Of a stretch of DNA of 64,000 bases, positions 43,697 to 56,086 are shown one piece after another. The notes under the pieces are model-generated. The model searched no databases. It was not told the origin of the DNA and saw nothing but the letters and a program-made list of their open reading frames with translations. Positions within the stretch are counted from its first letter, which is position 1. The number at the start of each line of letters is the position of its first letter. The DNA comes from Octopus vulgaris (Eukaryota), in NCBI GenBank assembly GCA_951406725.2, contig OX597828.1, forward strand, positions 76,818,001 to 76,882,000, in the 5' to 3' direction. The translations under genes and the position numbers were made by a program.

Positions 43697-44309
43697 TCAG
43701 CAGATAGTGGAGGTCTACCCGACCGAACTTGGCAAAAGGAAGGCAACATATTTAGCTTCAGGATGAACTCAGCCTGTAGCTGGTACCCTTTTAGTTGTAG
43801 CAGCTTTCCAACGGCTAAGCCAAAGCAGAAGTTTTTTTAAGCCAGCAGTAGAAGCTGTTCAACATCTAAGATGGTAAATATAGATACAATTAATTTTGAT
43901 TGTTATGTAAAGAAGCAAAGAAAAGGCGGAGCAGTTCCTCAGTTGTCCTCCCTGTTGGCTGTTGTAAAAATAATGATATTCATATTAAGCTAATATATTT
44001 TCTCTTTTATCATATGTCTGAATATTCCGTTGTTGTTAAATGTTTTAATAATTAAACATACTCTCATTTGTCTAATTACCTACTTATTATGCGAGTGGCA
44101 TTTAAAATAAATGTAATCCATCATCATTATAATGGTTAATTAACTCTTTCAGACATTTCGCACCTGATAACTACATTGAGTGGCTTCTATTCTGACGTTG
44201 GAATGAATCAATGATAGGTTTTATTTGTGTTCTCTCATTCTGCTAGAAATAGCATCCCAGTCACAAAATACTCAAACCACGTTATATCGTATTGAAAAGG
44301 CGAAGGACG

Positions 44310-45265
44310 GTGTGAACGTATCCTGGCGAAACCACTACAGATTATTTTTGCAGAGCTTTCTTGCAAATGGCAAACTGCCAAGCAAACTGAAGGGTGGAAT
44401 AATATGCCCAATGCATAAAGGTGGATGCAAAGCAGATGCCAAAAGTTATAGACCTATCTCTCTGTTTTCACACATCAGTAAAGTCATGGAACGGATAGTC
44501 AGAGGGAAACTAATCGCATTCCTTGAAGAAAATAACTTGCTGAGTGATACCCGGCATGGCTTTCGACTATGTAGGAGCTGCCTGACCCAGCTCTTACAAC
44601 ATTATGACTGGGTGTTGAGGCAGTTACTCATCAACTCAAATGTGGACCTGATATAACTTGCTTTGCGAAAGCTTTTGACAAAATGGATCATGGTATGATA
44701 TGCCACAAACTGCGTGATTTCGGCAAAGCTGGAAAACCTGGAGAGTGGTTACATGACCTTCTGAAAGATAGAAGTTAGGCAGTGGTGGCCAATCGACTCA
44801 CCTCAAATAAAACACGCATAGTGAGTGATGTTCCACAGGGCACTGTCTCAGGACTACTGCCTTTCATAGTGGCCCTCCCAGATATGCCCTCAGCTGCCCG
44901 GATGGCCACTCTTGCTAGCTACGCAGACCACACGAAAGTCTCGGAGAAAATACAAAACCCTAGCGATGGTGCACACATGCAGCAGGAGTTGGACACAATT
45001 TACAGTTGGGCTGAGGAAGATAATATGCAGTTTGATGCTGGCAAACTCCAAGCCCTGCACTGCCAGCGTATAAAGTGGAACGTAAAACTTACAGGCTGCA
45101 CTAAATCAGTGCAGGACCTGGGTATCGACATGAGCGATGATACCTCTTTCCAAGTGCACATTACCAAGATGGCTGGCTGGATCTTGAGAACTTTCAGAAC
45201 CAGAAAGAAGGAAATCATGATCGTTCTCTGGAGGAAATTCGTCCTCAGCTGCCTGGACTCCTGTG
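44310..45265 (+). pseudogene. decayed CR1/L2-group LINE reverse transcriptase fragment
   Basis: YRPISLFSHISKVMERIV, HGFR..RSCLTQLL, FAKAFD, VPQGTV.G.L.F, YADHTK; stops and frameshifts. Confidence 0.88.
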
Positions 45266-45379
45266 ATGAGTGTCTTAGCTGTTTCAGCCTTTCCCAGTAA
45301 CAGAGCTGTTGCAATGAGACGATCTTCCAGAGTAGTCCAGGCATAAATATATGTAATGTATATATATATATATATATAT

Positions 45380-45860
45380 ATATATTGCTACACTGTTATT
45401 AGAGAGATCCTCCTCTGATGGGTAGCATTTGATGACTAAGGGAGTTTGATATCGCTCCCTTCATTTACGCCTCCTGCCGCGAGGTAGATTCACCTGGGAC
45501 TCGCGACAGGAAGAGATCCAGTTTTGATTTGAAAACACCTACATCCACTTTGTGTAGGTACCCCGCTCAGGCTCTTTGGGAGACTATTAAAAAGCTGTGA
45601 GCCCCGGAAACCCAGGCTGTTGCAGTAAACAGTCTTGAAGCGCGACGGCATTACTGGGATCTTTCGCACCATGCAGTGGAGACTCGTTCTGGAATTTGTG
45701 TTGCTTTCAATGCCAAAATTTGGCACAATGCTTTCCAGGATCTTCCAGGTGTGTATTACTGCACATCTCTCTCGCCTTCGCTCCAGTGAATAGAGTCTTA
45801 AATGCTTCAGCCGTTCAAGGTAGCTGAGCTGTTGCAATGAGACGACCTTCCAGGGTTGGG
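45380..45860 (-). pseudogene. 3' end of a CR1/L2-group LINE in inverted orientation
   Basis: LSYLERLKHLRLYSLERRRER..VI.TWKILE...GSQLFNSLPK is the characteristic C-terminus. Confidence 0.85.
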
Positions 45861-45887
45861 ATCAGTAGTATATACATATATATACAT

Positions 45888-45968
<81 letters not shown>

Positions 45969-46044
45969 GTAAATCCCAAGAAGAACAAACACAAAAAACG
46001 ACAACGCGAGGACGGGGCACATGACGTTCAGGGAAGGAAAGATG

Positions 46045-46079
46045 GTTTAACGTTTCGAGCAACGCTATTCTTCAGAAAC
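46045..46079 (-). ncRNA. hammerhead ribozyme motif in a short repeat between microsatellites
   Basis: GTTT-CTGAAGA-A-TAGC/GTT/GCTC-GAAA-CG-TT-AAAC; one mismatch in stem II. Confidence 0.6.
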
Positions 46080-46149
46080 AGAGGAAAGTCTAATAGAAAG
46101 GAAGACGGAGTAAGAAGATCGCCAACGATTCACGTGGTTACATTTTGAA

Positions 46150-46234
<85 letters not shown>

Positions 46235-48494
46235 CGTGTGTGTGTGCGCGTGTGTGTGTGCGTGTGTGTGTGTGTTGATTAATATATATAAATCTCCGTT
46301 GATTTACCAGAGCCGATACATTAGAGGGCTCAATTCAAATGTAGAGTATTCTTTAATTCCTTATAACTATAAGGTTCCACATTTCCAATACTCAGAGATA
46401 CTCGTTTTCGATTATCAGCCGTTAAATCGAACCTGCTTTTCTTTTGAATATTCACCCTGTAATTCGTCTTCTTATTATTATTTTTCAAATCTCAAATGCA
46501 AGTTTGAAGGTATCGCTTACTCTTACGTTCTTTCGTTAATTTTTTTTTTTAATCTAATGAAGGACGCGTCCAAAAACGTCTGCTTCAAGCGCACATCTTT
46601 TATTTTATCTGATTTTTTTCGGGGGAATATTGTTATAAACGTCATAAACTACGTACAATCCCCATAGAGAGGTTGTTGAATCGATTTATCCCATCCGTTT
46701 AATAATAGTAATAGTGATATCATGAATAATATTAATAAAAAAACAATTTAGGTTTATATATAATAAATCTGAAACATCTTGTTCGAATGGAGTTAACATT
46801 TGTATTTGAAATGTTTGATATCTGAATAGAGAGGACGTTGCTTGCTCACCCACTAATATTGACAATATGAGAAAAATGAACTCCTTGGAAGAAAATCTAT
46901 CGATAATATGCTTAACCGGATATATAATTGTAAAAATCTTCTAAAATGTCAATTGGATAACCTACTCTTAAGAAATCATCTCGGTTAATAAATGTTTAGT
47001 AACAACAACGGAAAATATTTAATATTATTATGGTAGTTGCGCAACTGATTTTAAATCTAGAGTATAAAATCAGGTTTCTTCGTTTACATATAGAAAGAAA
47101 AGACTTCACTTTTTGAAGTATATTTGTGTGAAACCTCAAAGAGAGGAAAGTTAAGTCTGATATTAATTATTCTATATGCAGTGCACCTTAGGATAATGGA
47201 AGAAAACTAAAATGCAACTTATTCCTCAAGGGGACATTGCTTGTACTTAGACCCAGATCCAACTTCTTAAATATAACAAATGAATTAAAGATAGGATGTA
47301 CACTTGTATTTAAAAGAACCCTTCAAACCGTCCAAACTAAATGGCGTACACTGATTTGTGTACGCCATTATAATAGGTTGGGTCTGCTTTTCCTGGATCG
47401 CTATACTTACGATATTTAACGTATTTAGATTTATTTAGTAAATACACTAATATCTATTCGATCTGATCAATTTAAATTTCTTAATTTTCTGATTATTAGT
47501 GCTAAATATTTTTTTTCGAATTCTGTAATTAGCAAGTTTAAATTATTTAATAAATTATTTTTTATTGTTTAATTTATTTTAATTATATTTTTTAATTTTA
47601 TATTTTATTATAACTTACATTAATCATATTGCACTTATTCTAATTTTTAAATATTTATATTTTTTAGGAAATATGATTTGTTTGAAATAGAATATTTTTC
47701 TCAGTGAATGATATATTAATTTCCATTGGAAATTTCATTAACTGAACTCAAGGTTTATATTTAGAATTAAATCTACTGGAATTACGTTTCCATTGTAACA
47801 TACTTAATTTATCAACCGAATATCTTGGTTCTACATACCTTTCCTGTGAATTTGAATTGATCGGTACTAGTTCAATTGTGGTATGAATTTTACCATAAAC
47901 ATATGTTAAGTTGCCAGGAGGGGTTGTAGAAAGTAAGTATCATATTACAATTCTGACATGAACTGATAAAGACAATTAGGTAGGTCGGTTCAAACACCTC
48001 CCAATAGCTTATACCGGTCAAATATTGTCTATCTGCCTTCAAATGTTATCAATTCCAAGTTGTGTGGTTTAATTTTGACAAATGCAAGACAGTTTTAAAT
48101 TTCTCAATCTCTATAGAATCTTAGTCAATCAAATATTGAATCGATTAGATACATCTGTATCGCAATTTTTTGGAATTTGCCAGTCTATACGAAACGCGCG
48201 TAAGCTGATTAAATATTGCATGTCGTTTCCTGCTATACACTGTGGCCCTTAAAAAAATTAATTCAGTATTTGAACATCGGATTTATAAATTGGTCGGGCA
48301 GCGGGAAACTATTTAATGCAAAGACTTGTTAACCAAGTTTGATCCTTATTGTCAACTTATAGAGTATACAACTTGATTTTTTATTACTTTTCTCTTGTGC
48401 TTATATACATTTATACACTCACACACACACACATGAACACACATGAACACACCCCTCACACGCAAACACACACACGCACGCACGCACGCACACA

Positions 48495-48571
<77 letters not shown>

Positions 48572-48694
48572 ATATATACATATATATTTGAATATTGCGC
48601 TTAGAAATTGCGAGACTAAAAACTTGGTGTAGAACTTATATATAGAAATGCGTGTTATCCGAGTGGAGAGCGGTAATAAGGAAATAATACGACA

Positions 48695-49215
48695 GAGGAA
48701 TTAGATGACAGATAAACTTCATTGGCTTCCAGCTGTTTCAACTGAAAGATGCAGTACCTGAATAATGCATTAAGCTCTTCATCAGATCTTTCAATATATG
48801 CGTTAGTAATAGTTCAATATATTGGTTTCAAATGTTGGCACAAGGATCGCAGTTTTTTAAGGAGTGGCTAAGTCGATTACATAGACCCCATATCTCAACC
48901 AGTACTTAACTTATCGACCCTGAAAGGATAAACGACATAGTTTACCACGGCGGAATTTGAACTCAGAACGTTAAGATGGACGGAATGCAACTAAGCGTTT
49001 TCTTTCCAGGATGCTAAAGACTTTGCCAGTTCACCGCCTTATTTCAGTTTAATATATTAATATTTACATCACCTCAAGCATTATATTCGAGGCTCCGATG
49101 AAGCTATAAAGTGTTACCCATGCACTCAACTATGAGTACACTTCATCTTATAGCAGAAATAGCTGTAAGCTTACGAAGCTCATAAGATAATAATTTATTC
49201 TTCTGTCATCTCATT
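48695..49215. mobile_element. old palindromic hammerhead-bearing element with a SINE inserted in its spacer
   Basis: Right arm AGGCT-CCGATGA-AGCTATAA...TTATAGCA-GAAA-TAGCTG-TA-AGCTT (49090-49172). Left arm (-) AGAT-CTGATGA...GAAA-CAGCTG-GA-AGCC (48724-48790). Outer GATGACAGA/TCTGTCATC match. Confidence 0.6.
48822..49040 (-). mobile_element. SINE family B with TSD
   Basis: Family B core; TSD AGTT(C/T)AATATATT at ~48811 and ~49046. Confidence 0.8.
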
Positions 49216-49322
49216 TTCTTGCACACATACATATACACGCACCCTTACGCACACACACAATAACTCACATACACACAGAGAATAACACACACGCGCACAC
49301 ACACACACACACACACACATGC

Positions 49323-49376
<54 letters not shown>

Positions 49377-49840
49377 CATATATATGCTTTCTTCCAAGGA
49401 ATATAATGTTCTTAGCTTAGTTTTTCCTTGGGGCTGGCCAGATTGGAGAATTCTCGAGTATAACAAGCCCAAATTACAAAGATAATCTGGAACTCGACTG
49501 AGGATAGAAAACTCCGAATAACCCGTCCTTGTTTTCGTTGTATGATCTCTGTGGATGTTTTGTTGTCCCTTTTCTTGTATCACCTAATTATCTGGATGCT
49601 TTGCGTTCTTGTCCCCTTTTTGCATTTTTTTATATATAAAATATAGTGGCGTACGTAGACTCTGGCCTCTTATATGTAAGTATATATACCTATATATATA
49701 TTTGAACATGGGGAACGGTTAATGTCGACAAATTTCTCTTCTCTTCTTTCTCTCTCTCTCTCTCCATTTTTTCTTCTCATTTCTTTGTATCGAAGAGCGT
49801 GGGTTCGAAACGTCAAAGGCAGACGCACAGCCATACACAC

Positions 49841-49882
<42 letters not shown>

Positions 49883-49906
49883 TGTATATATATATATATA
49901 TACATG

Positions 49907-50005
<99 letters not shown>

Positions 50006-50216
50006 TTAAATTTAAATTTAAATTGATGAGGCAAAGTTCTAAATGCAAAGCCACAAATCCGGGGTCTGGAATTATCCGGTAAATTTTTAGTAGTTTTATT
50101 TGTCTTTTAGTCTTCTCTCCTTGTGCTATATGAACACTTAATGTGGTCTTAGAGTCAGATCCTAGCTTCTATTTTTAGCATGCCGGTATATCGTAGATAC
50201 CCTAAGTTATAATTTG

Positions 50217-50327
<111 letters not shown>

Positions 50328-50414
50328 TATGTATAAGGGTGGAAAGGAACACACGAGTTGATATATATGAAAAAACAAGTCAAAAATAGAAAATGCTAAG
50401 ATGATTTTATAGTG

Positions 50415-50467
50415 AATCTTTCAGTACCGGTTTCGGTCATTTTGAGACCTTTTCAACTGTAACGATT
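50415..50467 (-). ncRNA. hammerhead ribozyme (U3-A8 core variant) in PLE 3' UTR, left arm
   Basis: Reverse complement of 56631-56683. Confidence 0.8.
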
Positions 50468-51072
50468 AAATAATTAAATTTAGAAAAATTTAGAAAAATT
50501 AGAAGAAAGGTTTTTTTAAAGGAATACTTCCATAGTAGTGTTCAGATATAGGTGGCATTCTGCCTTTCTCTGACTCCCTTGTTTGCACTTGTGTATTCGA
50601 GGTCGTTGTGAGTTCTTGAGGGGGTGGGAGTGGGAAAATCTGGGTGGTCCGTGGCGACCGGCAGTCGCTGCGTAGGCGTTATACTTAAAGACATTAGTGA
50701 CAAGGTTAAGGAGTAGAAGGTGGAGAAGTAGAAGAAGAAGAAGAAGATGACGGTGCCGATGATGATGACGATGAAGAAGAAGAAGGAGAAGGAGAAGATG
50801 ACGATGATGATGGTGGTGATGACGATGACGACGATGATGATGATAATGATGATGATGAAGAAGAAGAGGAAGAAGAAGAAAAAAACAGAGAATGGAGAAT
50901 ATGAATGGGTGAAGATATAGCTGTGATGGGGCGATTCGTAATGGATTCTATGGAATGAAATATTTGTGTGTGTATATATATTTCTTTTATTCTTAAGTTG
51001 AGGTATATTAATTGTTTGTCGTAGACCCGTTAAGAAGTGGCCTGTATTTTATAATAAAGAGATTTTCTTTAC

Positions 51073-52983
51073 TTATTCGTTGTCTCGAGGTTGTATCGTC
51101 CCTAAATTGGTAGAGGGGGAAAATTCTGAAGTTTGGTGTTTTTTGTTGGCGCAAGTATCTATGTGTTGGCTAAAAGCTATTTTTCTGTTTTGGGGAATTT
51201 TTATCTGGGATCTGTGCAGGGCCATTCGTTTACGCAAACCATTTTTTGTTTGGCCTATGTACTGCTCTTGACACCCGGAGCAGGTTAGTGAGTATATTAG
51301 GTTCTCCGAAGCACATGTGAAGTTGCTTTTCACTGTAAACCGTTGTCCCTGTTTGAAGGAGAACTCAGAACCCTCGATTAGATAGTCGCATATCCCGCAA
51401 TTGGGTCTTCCACATTTTTTTACTGTCGGCTTCTGTGTTGAAGAGTGAATTCGGGCTTGTGTTAGGAGACATTTCATGGATCTAGGCTGTCTTTTGCTTT
51501 TTATGACCGTGTGTGTTTGGAGGATTGTGTTCATTCTGTGGTCTTTTTTTAGGAGGGGTATGTTGTGGAGGATGGTGCCGAAGGCTTCGTTATTGAGAGG
51601 GTTGTGTGTGGAGATGTATGGTAAGGCTTTTGGTTGTAAGTTTTTCTTTGATTTGGGATGTCTCAGTTCCTTGATGTTAAGTTGAAGGGCACGTTGAATG
51701 CACTTGTCAATAAGTGAAGGTGGATAGTTCCTGGTGATAAGGGTATCTTTTAGTTCTTGTAGTCGTGTGTCTCTGGTGTTCGCGTTAGAGACTATAGTGC
51801 ATATCCTTTTTGCTAGATTGAAGGGGATATTCATCCTGGTGTGTCTGGGGTGGCATGAATTGAATGGAAGATATTGCTTAGAGTCTGTAGGCTTATAGTA
51901 TATGTCTGTTTCTATTATATTATTAGCTTTCTTAATGAGGATATCGAGGAAGGGAAGTTGTTGCTGGCTATATTCCATCGTGAATTGGATGTTTACGTCC
52001 AGCCCGTTTAAAATTTCCTGGAATTCTATGAGTTTTTCTATATTTTTATGCCAAAGAATGAAACAGTCATCTAGATATCTCTTCCAGTTGTTTTCTATGT
52101 AGATGGAGAAAGGGCTGCCATATCTTTCTAGAACCTTACGATACAGACTGATCTCTAGGTATCCTATGACTAGGTTGGCAAAGGAGGGGGCCATTCGTGT
52201 ACCCATCGCAGTCCACGATTTTTGTCGGTAGAAGTTGTCATTGAAGGCGAAGAAGTTATTTTCCAGGATGAATTTAACCCCTTCTATCACGAATTCTTTT
52301 TTGATGCGGTGTGGTAGTTCGTTGGCGTGATTCTCTAGCCAGAATTGGATTGCCTCTAGTCCTAGGTTGTGGGGGATATTGGAGTAGAGGTTGACTACAT
52401 CGAAGGATACCAGTATGGTGTTTTGGTTTATAGTATTCGGTAGGTGATTGAGCATATCTAAGTCGTCCCTTATATAGCTTTTGACATGTTTGAGGAGTGG
52501 TTTTAACAGGGTGTCTAAAAAGTTACTGAGGCGGTGGGTTTCGCATGCGGGACCTGCTATTATGGGTCTCAATTTGAGGTCATTAGGATTAGGGACTTTA
52601 ATTATTTTGTCTGTGGCTATCTTGCATGCGTTGCTTATTTTTTCACTTTTGTGGATCTTAGGTATACCGTAGAATTGGCTAGTTTTACTTGTGAAATTGG
52701 TCATATAATCATATTCTTTGTCGGTGAGCCGTGCTTTGTATGGGTTTAATATGGATTTTAGTTCCCTCATTATTTTTTGTTGACTGTAGTTTTGTGCCTT
52801 TTCATAGTATGTTGTGTCTTCCAGCATAGAAAGAACCAAAGTTATGTAAAAAGTCGTATCCATTAAGACAACAGCACTCCCTTTATCGGCCTCTTTGATT
52901 GTTATTGTTTTATCTTGTTTTAATTTGTTCAACTCAGCCCATTCTTTTTTGCTGAAGTTTGGTTTGTGTTTTTGTTTGTGCAT
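51073..52983 (-). pseudogene. PLE RT/GIY-YIG ORF, inverted copy (5'-truncated, TAT>TAA stop near 52990, 1-bp deletion near 51140)
   Basis: Near-identical to 53933-56086. DKG, SFDVVNLY, MG..MAPSFAN, RYLDD, FLD, LIY..YIG present. Aberrant C-terminus after an A7>A6 change. Confidence 0.93.
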
Positions 52984-53150
52984 ATGTTGTTATGGGTAAT
53001 TAGATATGTGGTCACAGAAATCATCAAGTGTTCTGTTCTTACCTTTCGAGGGGGTGTAGTTACTCCTATTTCTGGCTAACGATTCGTCCTCGTTGTATTT
53101 ATCGTATAGCTCCTCAGTAAGTCTTAATTTTCAACGAAGAAATTCGCAAA

Positions 53151-53795
53151 ATGACCCAAGGCCCAGATCAAGAGAAGTTCTCCAAACTATGGAAAGAGGA
53201 CTGTGAAGAAGAAGAACTAAAATCTCTCCAACGCTGGGAGAAAAGCGCCATTTGGTTCTCAGACTATGAAGCCGTCTTTCAAACAGAGCACGCCTCCAAC
53301 AACCCTTTCCAGAAAATAAGAAAACCAAAACAACACCCAAACACCGATACACACCTGTCTAAAAATCGGAACCTTCACTACTTTCAAAAAAAGAATACAG
53401 GACCTAACCCTAACTCTGTAAGCAACCAGCGTTACAATATCAGGAATACCCCCACTTCAAGCAGAGAAAGGATAAATCAACACCCACAGCATAGACACTG
53501 CAACCTTATCCCCACCCAAAAGAGTTACCAACGAAATCTCCGTCCCATCAACCGGTTAAACAACCATGCACAACAAACCCACACCACTTACAATGATTAC
53601 CAACGAAGGCCTCCTAGAACACCACACCCGAATATGGGATATCGGGATGCTCTCCTCAATACTCCTCCAAGAACACACACCATAAATCACAACAGGAGAC
53701 CCCACATCAACAAAGAACAACTATATAACAGCTACCGTCCCAACCACCGCATTCATTTTTTAGACCCAATACGCAAACACAGAGACACAAGATAG
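53151..53795 (+). CDS. PLE upstream ORF (ORF1; 5'-truncated, basic/Asn-Pro-His-rich), overlapping the RT frame
   Basis: 214 sense codons immediately upstream of, and overlapping, the RT frame; same A/C-rich strand bias as the RT ORF. Confidence 0.65.
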   Translation: MTQGPDQEKFSKLWKEDCEEEELKSLQRWEKSAIWFSDYEAVFQTEHASNNPFQKIRKPKQHPNTDTHLSKNRNLHYFQKKNTGPNPNSVSNQRYNIRNTPTSSRERINQHPQHRHCNLIPTQKSYQRNLRPINRLNNHAQQTHTTYNDYQRRPPRTPHPNMGYRDALLNTPPRTHTINHNRRPHINKEQLYNSYRPNHRIHFLDPIRKHRDTR

Positions 53796-53932
53796 CACCA
53801 AACAAGCAGGAGGAACCAAAAGTAATAAAAATTATCAATCTAACTCACAAGGAACTAACAGCAAACCAAATAAACATACTTTCCAAAGGACTCAAGTTTA
53901 CACCCACCCCACAACACCCCAACTACAACGAA

Positions 53933-56086
53933 ATGAAAGAAGACATCGCAGAATTCTGCAGAAAATTAAGACTTACTGAGGAGCTATACGATAAATACAA
54001 CGAGGACGAATCGTTAGCCAGAAATAGGAGTAACTACACCCCCTCGAAAGGTAAGAACAAAACACTTGATGATTTCTGTGACCACATATCTAATTACCCA
54101 TATCAACATATGCACAAACAAAAACACAAACCAAACTTCAGCAAAAAAGAATGGGCTGAGTTGAACAAATTAATACTAGATAAAACAATAACAATCAAAG
54201 AGGCCGATAAAGGGAGTGCTGTTGTCTTAATGGATACGACATTTTACATAACTTTGGTTCTTTCTATGCTGGAAGACACAACATACTATGAAAAGGCACA
54301 AAACTACAGTCAACAAAAAATAATGAGGGAACTAAAATCCATATTAAACCCATACAAAGCAGGGCTCACCGACAAAGAATATGATTATATGACCAATTTC
54401 ACAAGTAAAACTAGCCAATTCTACGGTATACCTAAGATCCACAAAAGTGAAAAAATAAGCAACGCATGCAAGATAGCCACAGACAAAATAATTAAAGTCC
54501 CTAATCCTAATGACCTCAAATTGAGACCCATAATAGCAGGTCCCGCATGCGAAACCCACCGCCTCAGTAACTTTTTAGACACCCTGTTAAAACCACTCCT
54601 CAAACATGTCAAAAGCTATATAAGGGACGACTTAGATATGCTCAATCACCTACCGAATACTATAAACCAAAACACCATACTGGTATCCTTCGATGTAGTC
54701 AACCTCTACTCCAATATCCCCCACAACCTAGGACTAGAGGCAATCCAATTCTGGCTAGAGAATCACGCCAACGAACTACCACACCGCATCAAAAAAGAAT
54801 TCGTGATAGAAGGGGTTAAATTCATCCTGGAAAATAACTTCTTCGCCTTCAATGACAACTTCTACCGACAAAAATCGTGGACTGCGATGGGTACACGAAT
54901 GGCCCCCTCCTTTGCCAACCTAGTCATAGGATACCTAGAGATCAGTCTGTATCGTAAGGTTCTAGAAAGATATGGCAGCCCTTTCTCCATCTACATAGAA
55001 AACAACTTGAAGAGATATCTAGATGACTGTTTCATTCTTTGGCATAAAAATATAGAAAAACTCATAGAATTCCAGGAAATTTTAAACGGGCTGGACGTAA
55101 ACATCCAATTCACGATGGAATATAGCCAGCAACAACTTCCCTTCCTCGATATCCTCATTAAGAAAGCTAATAATATAATAGAAACAGACATATACTATAA
55201 GCCTACAGACTCTAAGCAATATCTTCCATACAATTCATGCCACCCCAGACACACCAGGATGAATATCCCCTTTAATCTAGCAAAAAGGATATGCACTATA
55301 GTCTCTAAAGCAAACACCAGAGACACACGACTACAAGAACTAAAAGATACCCTTATCACCAGGAACTATCCACCTTCACTTATTGACAAGTGCATTCAAC
55401 GTGCCCTTCAACTTAACATCAAGGAACTGAGACATCCCAAATCAAAGAAAAACTTACAACCAAAAGCCTTACCATACATCTCCACACACAACCCTCTCAA
55501 TAACGAAGCCTTCGGCACCATCCTCCACAACATACCCCTCCTAAAAAAAGACCACAGAATGAACACAATCCTCCAAACACACACGGTCATAAAAAGCAAA
55601 AGACAGCCTAGATCCATGAAAAGTCTCCTAACACAAGCCCGAATTCACTCTTCAACACAGAAGCCGACAGTAAAAAAATGTGGAAGACCCAATTGCGGGA
55701 TATGCGACTATCTAATCGAGGGTTCTGAGTTCTCCTTCAAACAGGGACAACGGTTTACAGTGAAAAGCAACTTCACATGTGCTTCGGAGAACCTAATATA
55801 CTCACTAACCTGCTCCGGGTGTCAAGAGCAGTACATAGGCCAAACAAAAAATGGTTTGCGTAAACGAATGGCCCTGCACAGATCCCAGATAAAAATTCCC
55901 CAAAACAGAAAAATAGCTTTTAGCCAACACATAGATACTTGCGCCAACAAAAAAACACCAAACTTCAGAATTTTCCCCCTCTACCAATTTAGGGACGATA
56001 CAACCTCGAGACAACGAATAAGTAAAGAAAATCTCTTTATTATAAAATACAGGCCACTTCTTAACGGGTCTACGACAAACAATTAA
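53933..56086 (+). CDS. Penelope-like (Neptune-type) reverse transcriptase + Cys-rich linker + GIY-YIG endonuclease
   Basis: ADKG, LRPII, SFDVVNLYSNIP, TAMG..APSFAN, RYLDD, LPFLD, S.HP; linker [10 protein letters not shown]; NLIY-SLTCSGC-QYIGQT, R...H. The frame is open from 53729 and includes the conserved NLT..EL....IL.KGLKFTP motif upstream of the first ATG. Confidence 0.95.
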   Translation: MKEDIAEFCRKLRLTEELYDKYNEDESLARNRSNYTPSKGKNKTLDDFCDHISNYPYQHMHKQKHKPNFSKKEWAELNKLILDKTITIKEADKGSAVVLMDTTFYITLVLSMLEDTTYYEKAQNYSQQKIMRELKSILNPYKAGLTDKEYDYMTNFTSKTSQFYGIPKIHKSEKISNACKIATDKIIKVPNPNDLKLRPIIAGPACETHRLSNFLDTLLKPLLKHVKSYIRDDLDMLNHLPNTINQNTILVSFDVVNLYSNIPHNLGLEAIQFWLENHANELPHRIKKEFVIEGVKFILENNFFAFNDNFYRQKSWTAMGTRMAPSFANLVIGYLEISLYRKVLERYGSPFSIYIENNLKRYLDDCFILWHKNIEKLIEFQEILNGLDVNIQFTMEYSQQQLPFLDILIKKANNIIETDIYYKPTDSKQYLPYNSCHPRHTRMNIPFNLAKRICTIVSKANTRDTRLQELKDTLITRNYPPSLIDKCIQRALQLNIKELRHPKSKKNLQPKALPYISTHNPLNNEAFGTILHNIPLLKKDHRMNTILQTHTVIKSKRQPRSMKSLLTQARIHSSTQKPTVKKCGRPNCGICDYLIEGSEFSFKQGQRFTVKSNFTCASENLIYSLTCSGCQEQYIGQTKNGLRKRMALHRSQIKIPQNRKIAFSQHIDTCANKKTPNFRIFPLYQFRDDTTSRQRISKENLFIIKYRPLLNGSTTNN

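Noticed and set aside
44241-44254. GCTAGAAATAGCA identical to part of the SpCas9 sgRNA scaffold
   Set aside because: Short coincidental match in a multi-copy eukaryotic repeat; no CRISPR array, tracrRNA or cas genes.
51080-56014. Short antisense ORFs within the PLE arms
   Set aside because: Shadow frames of the RT ORF; duplicated only because of the inverted repeat.
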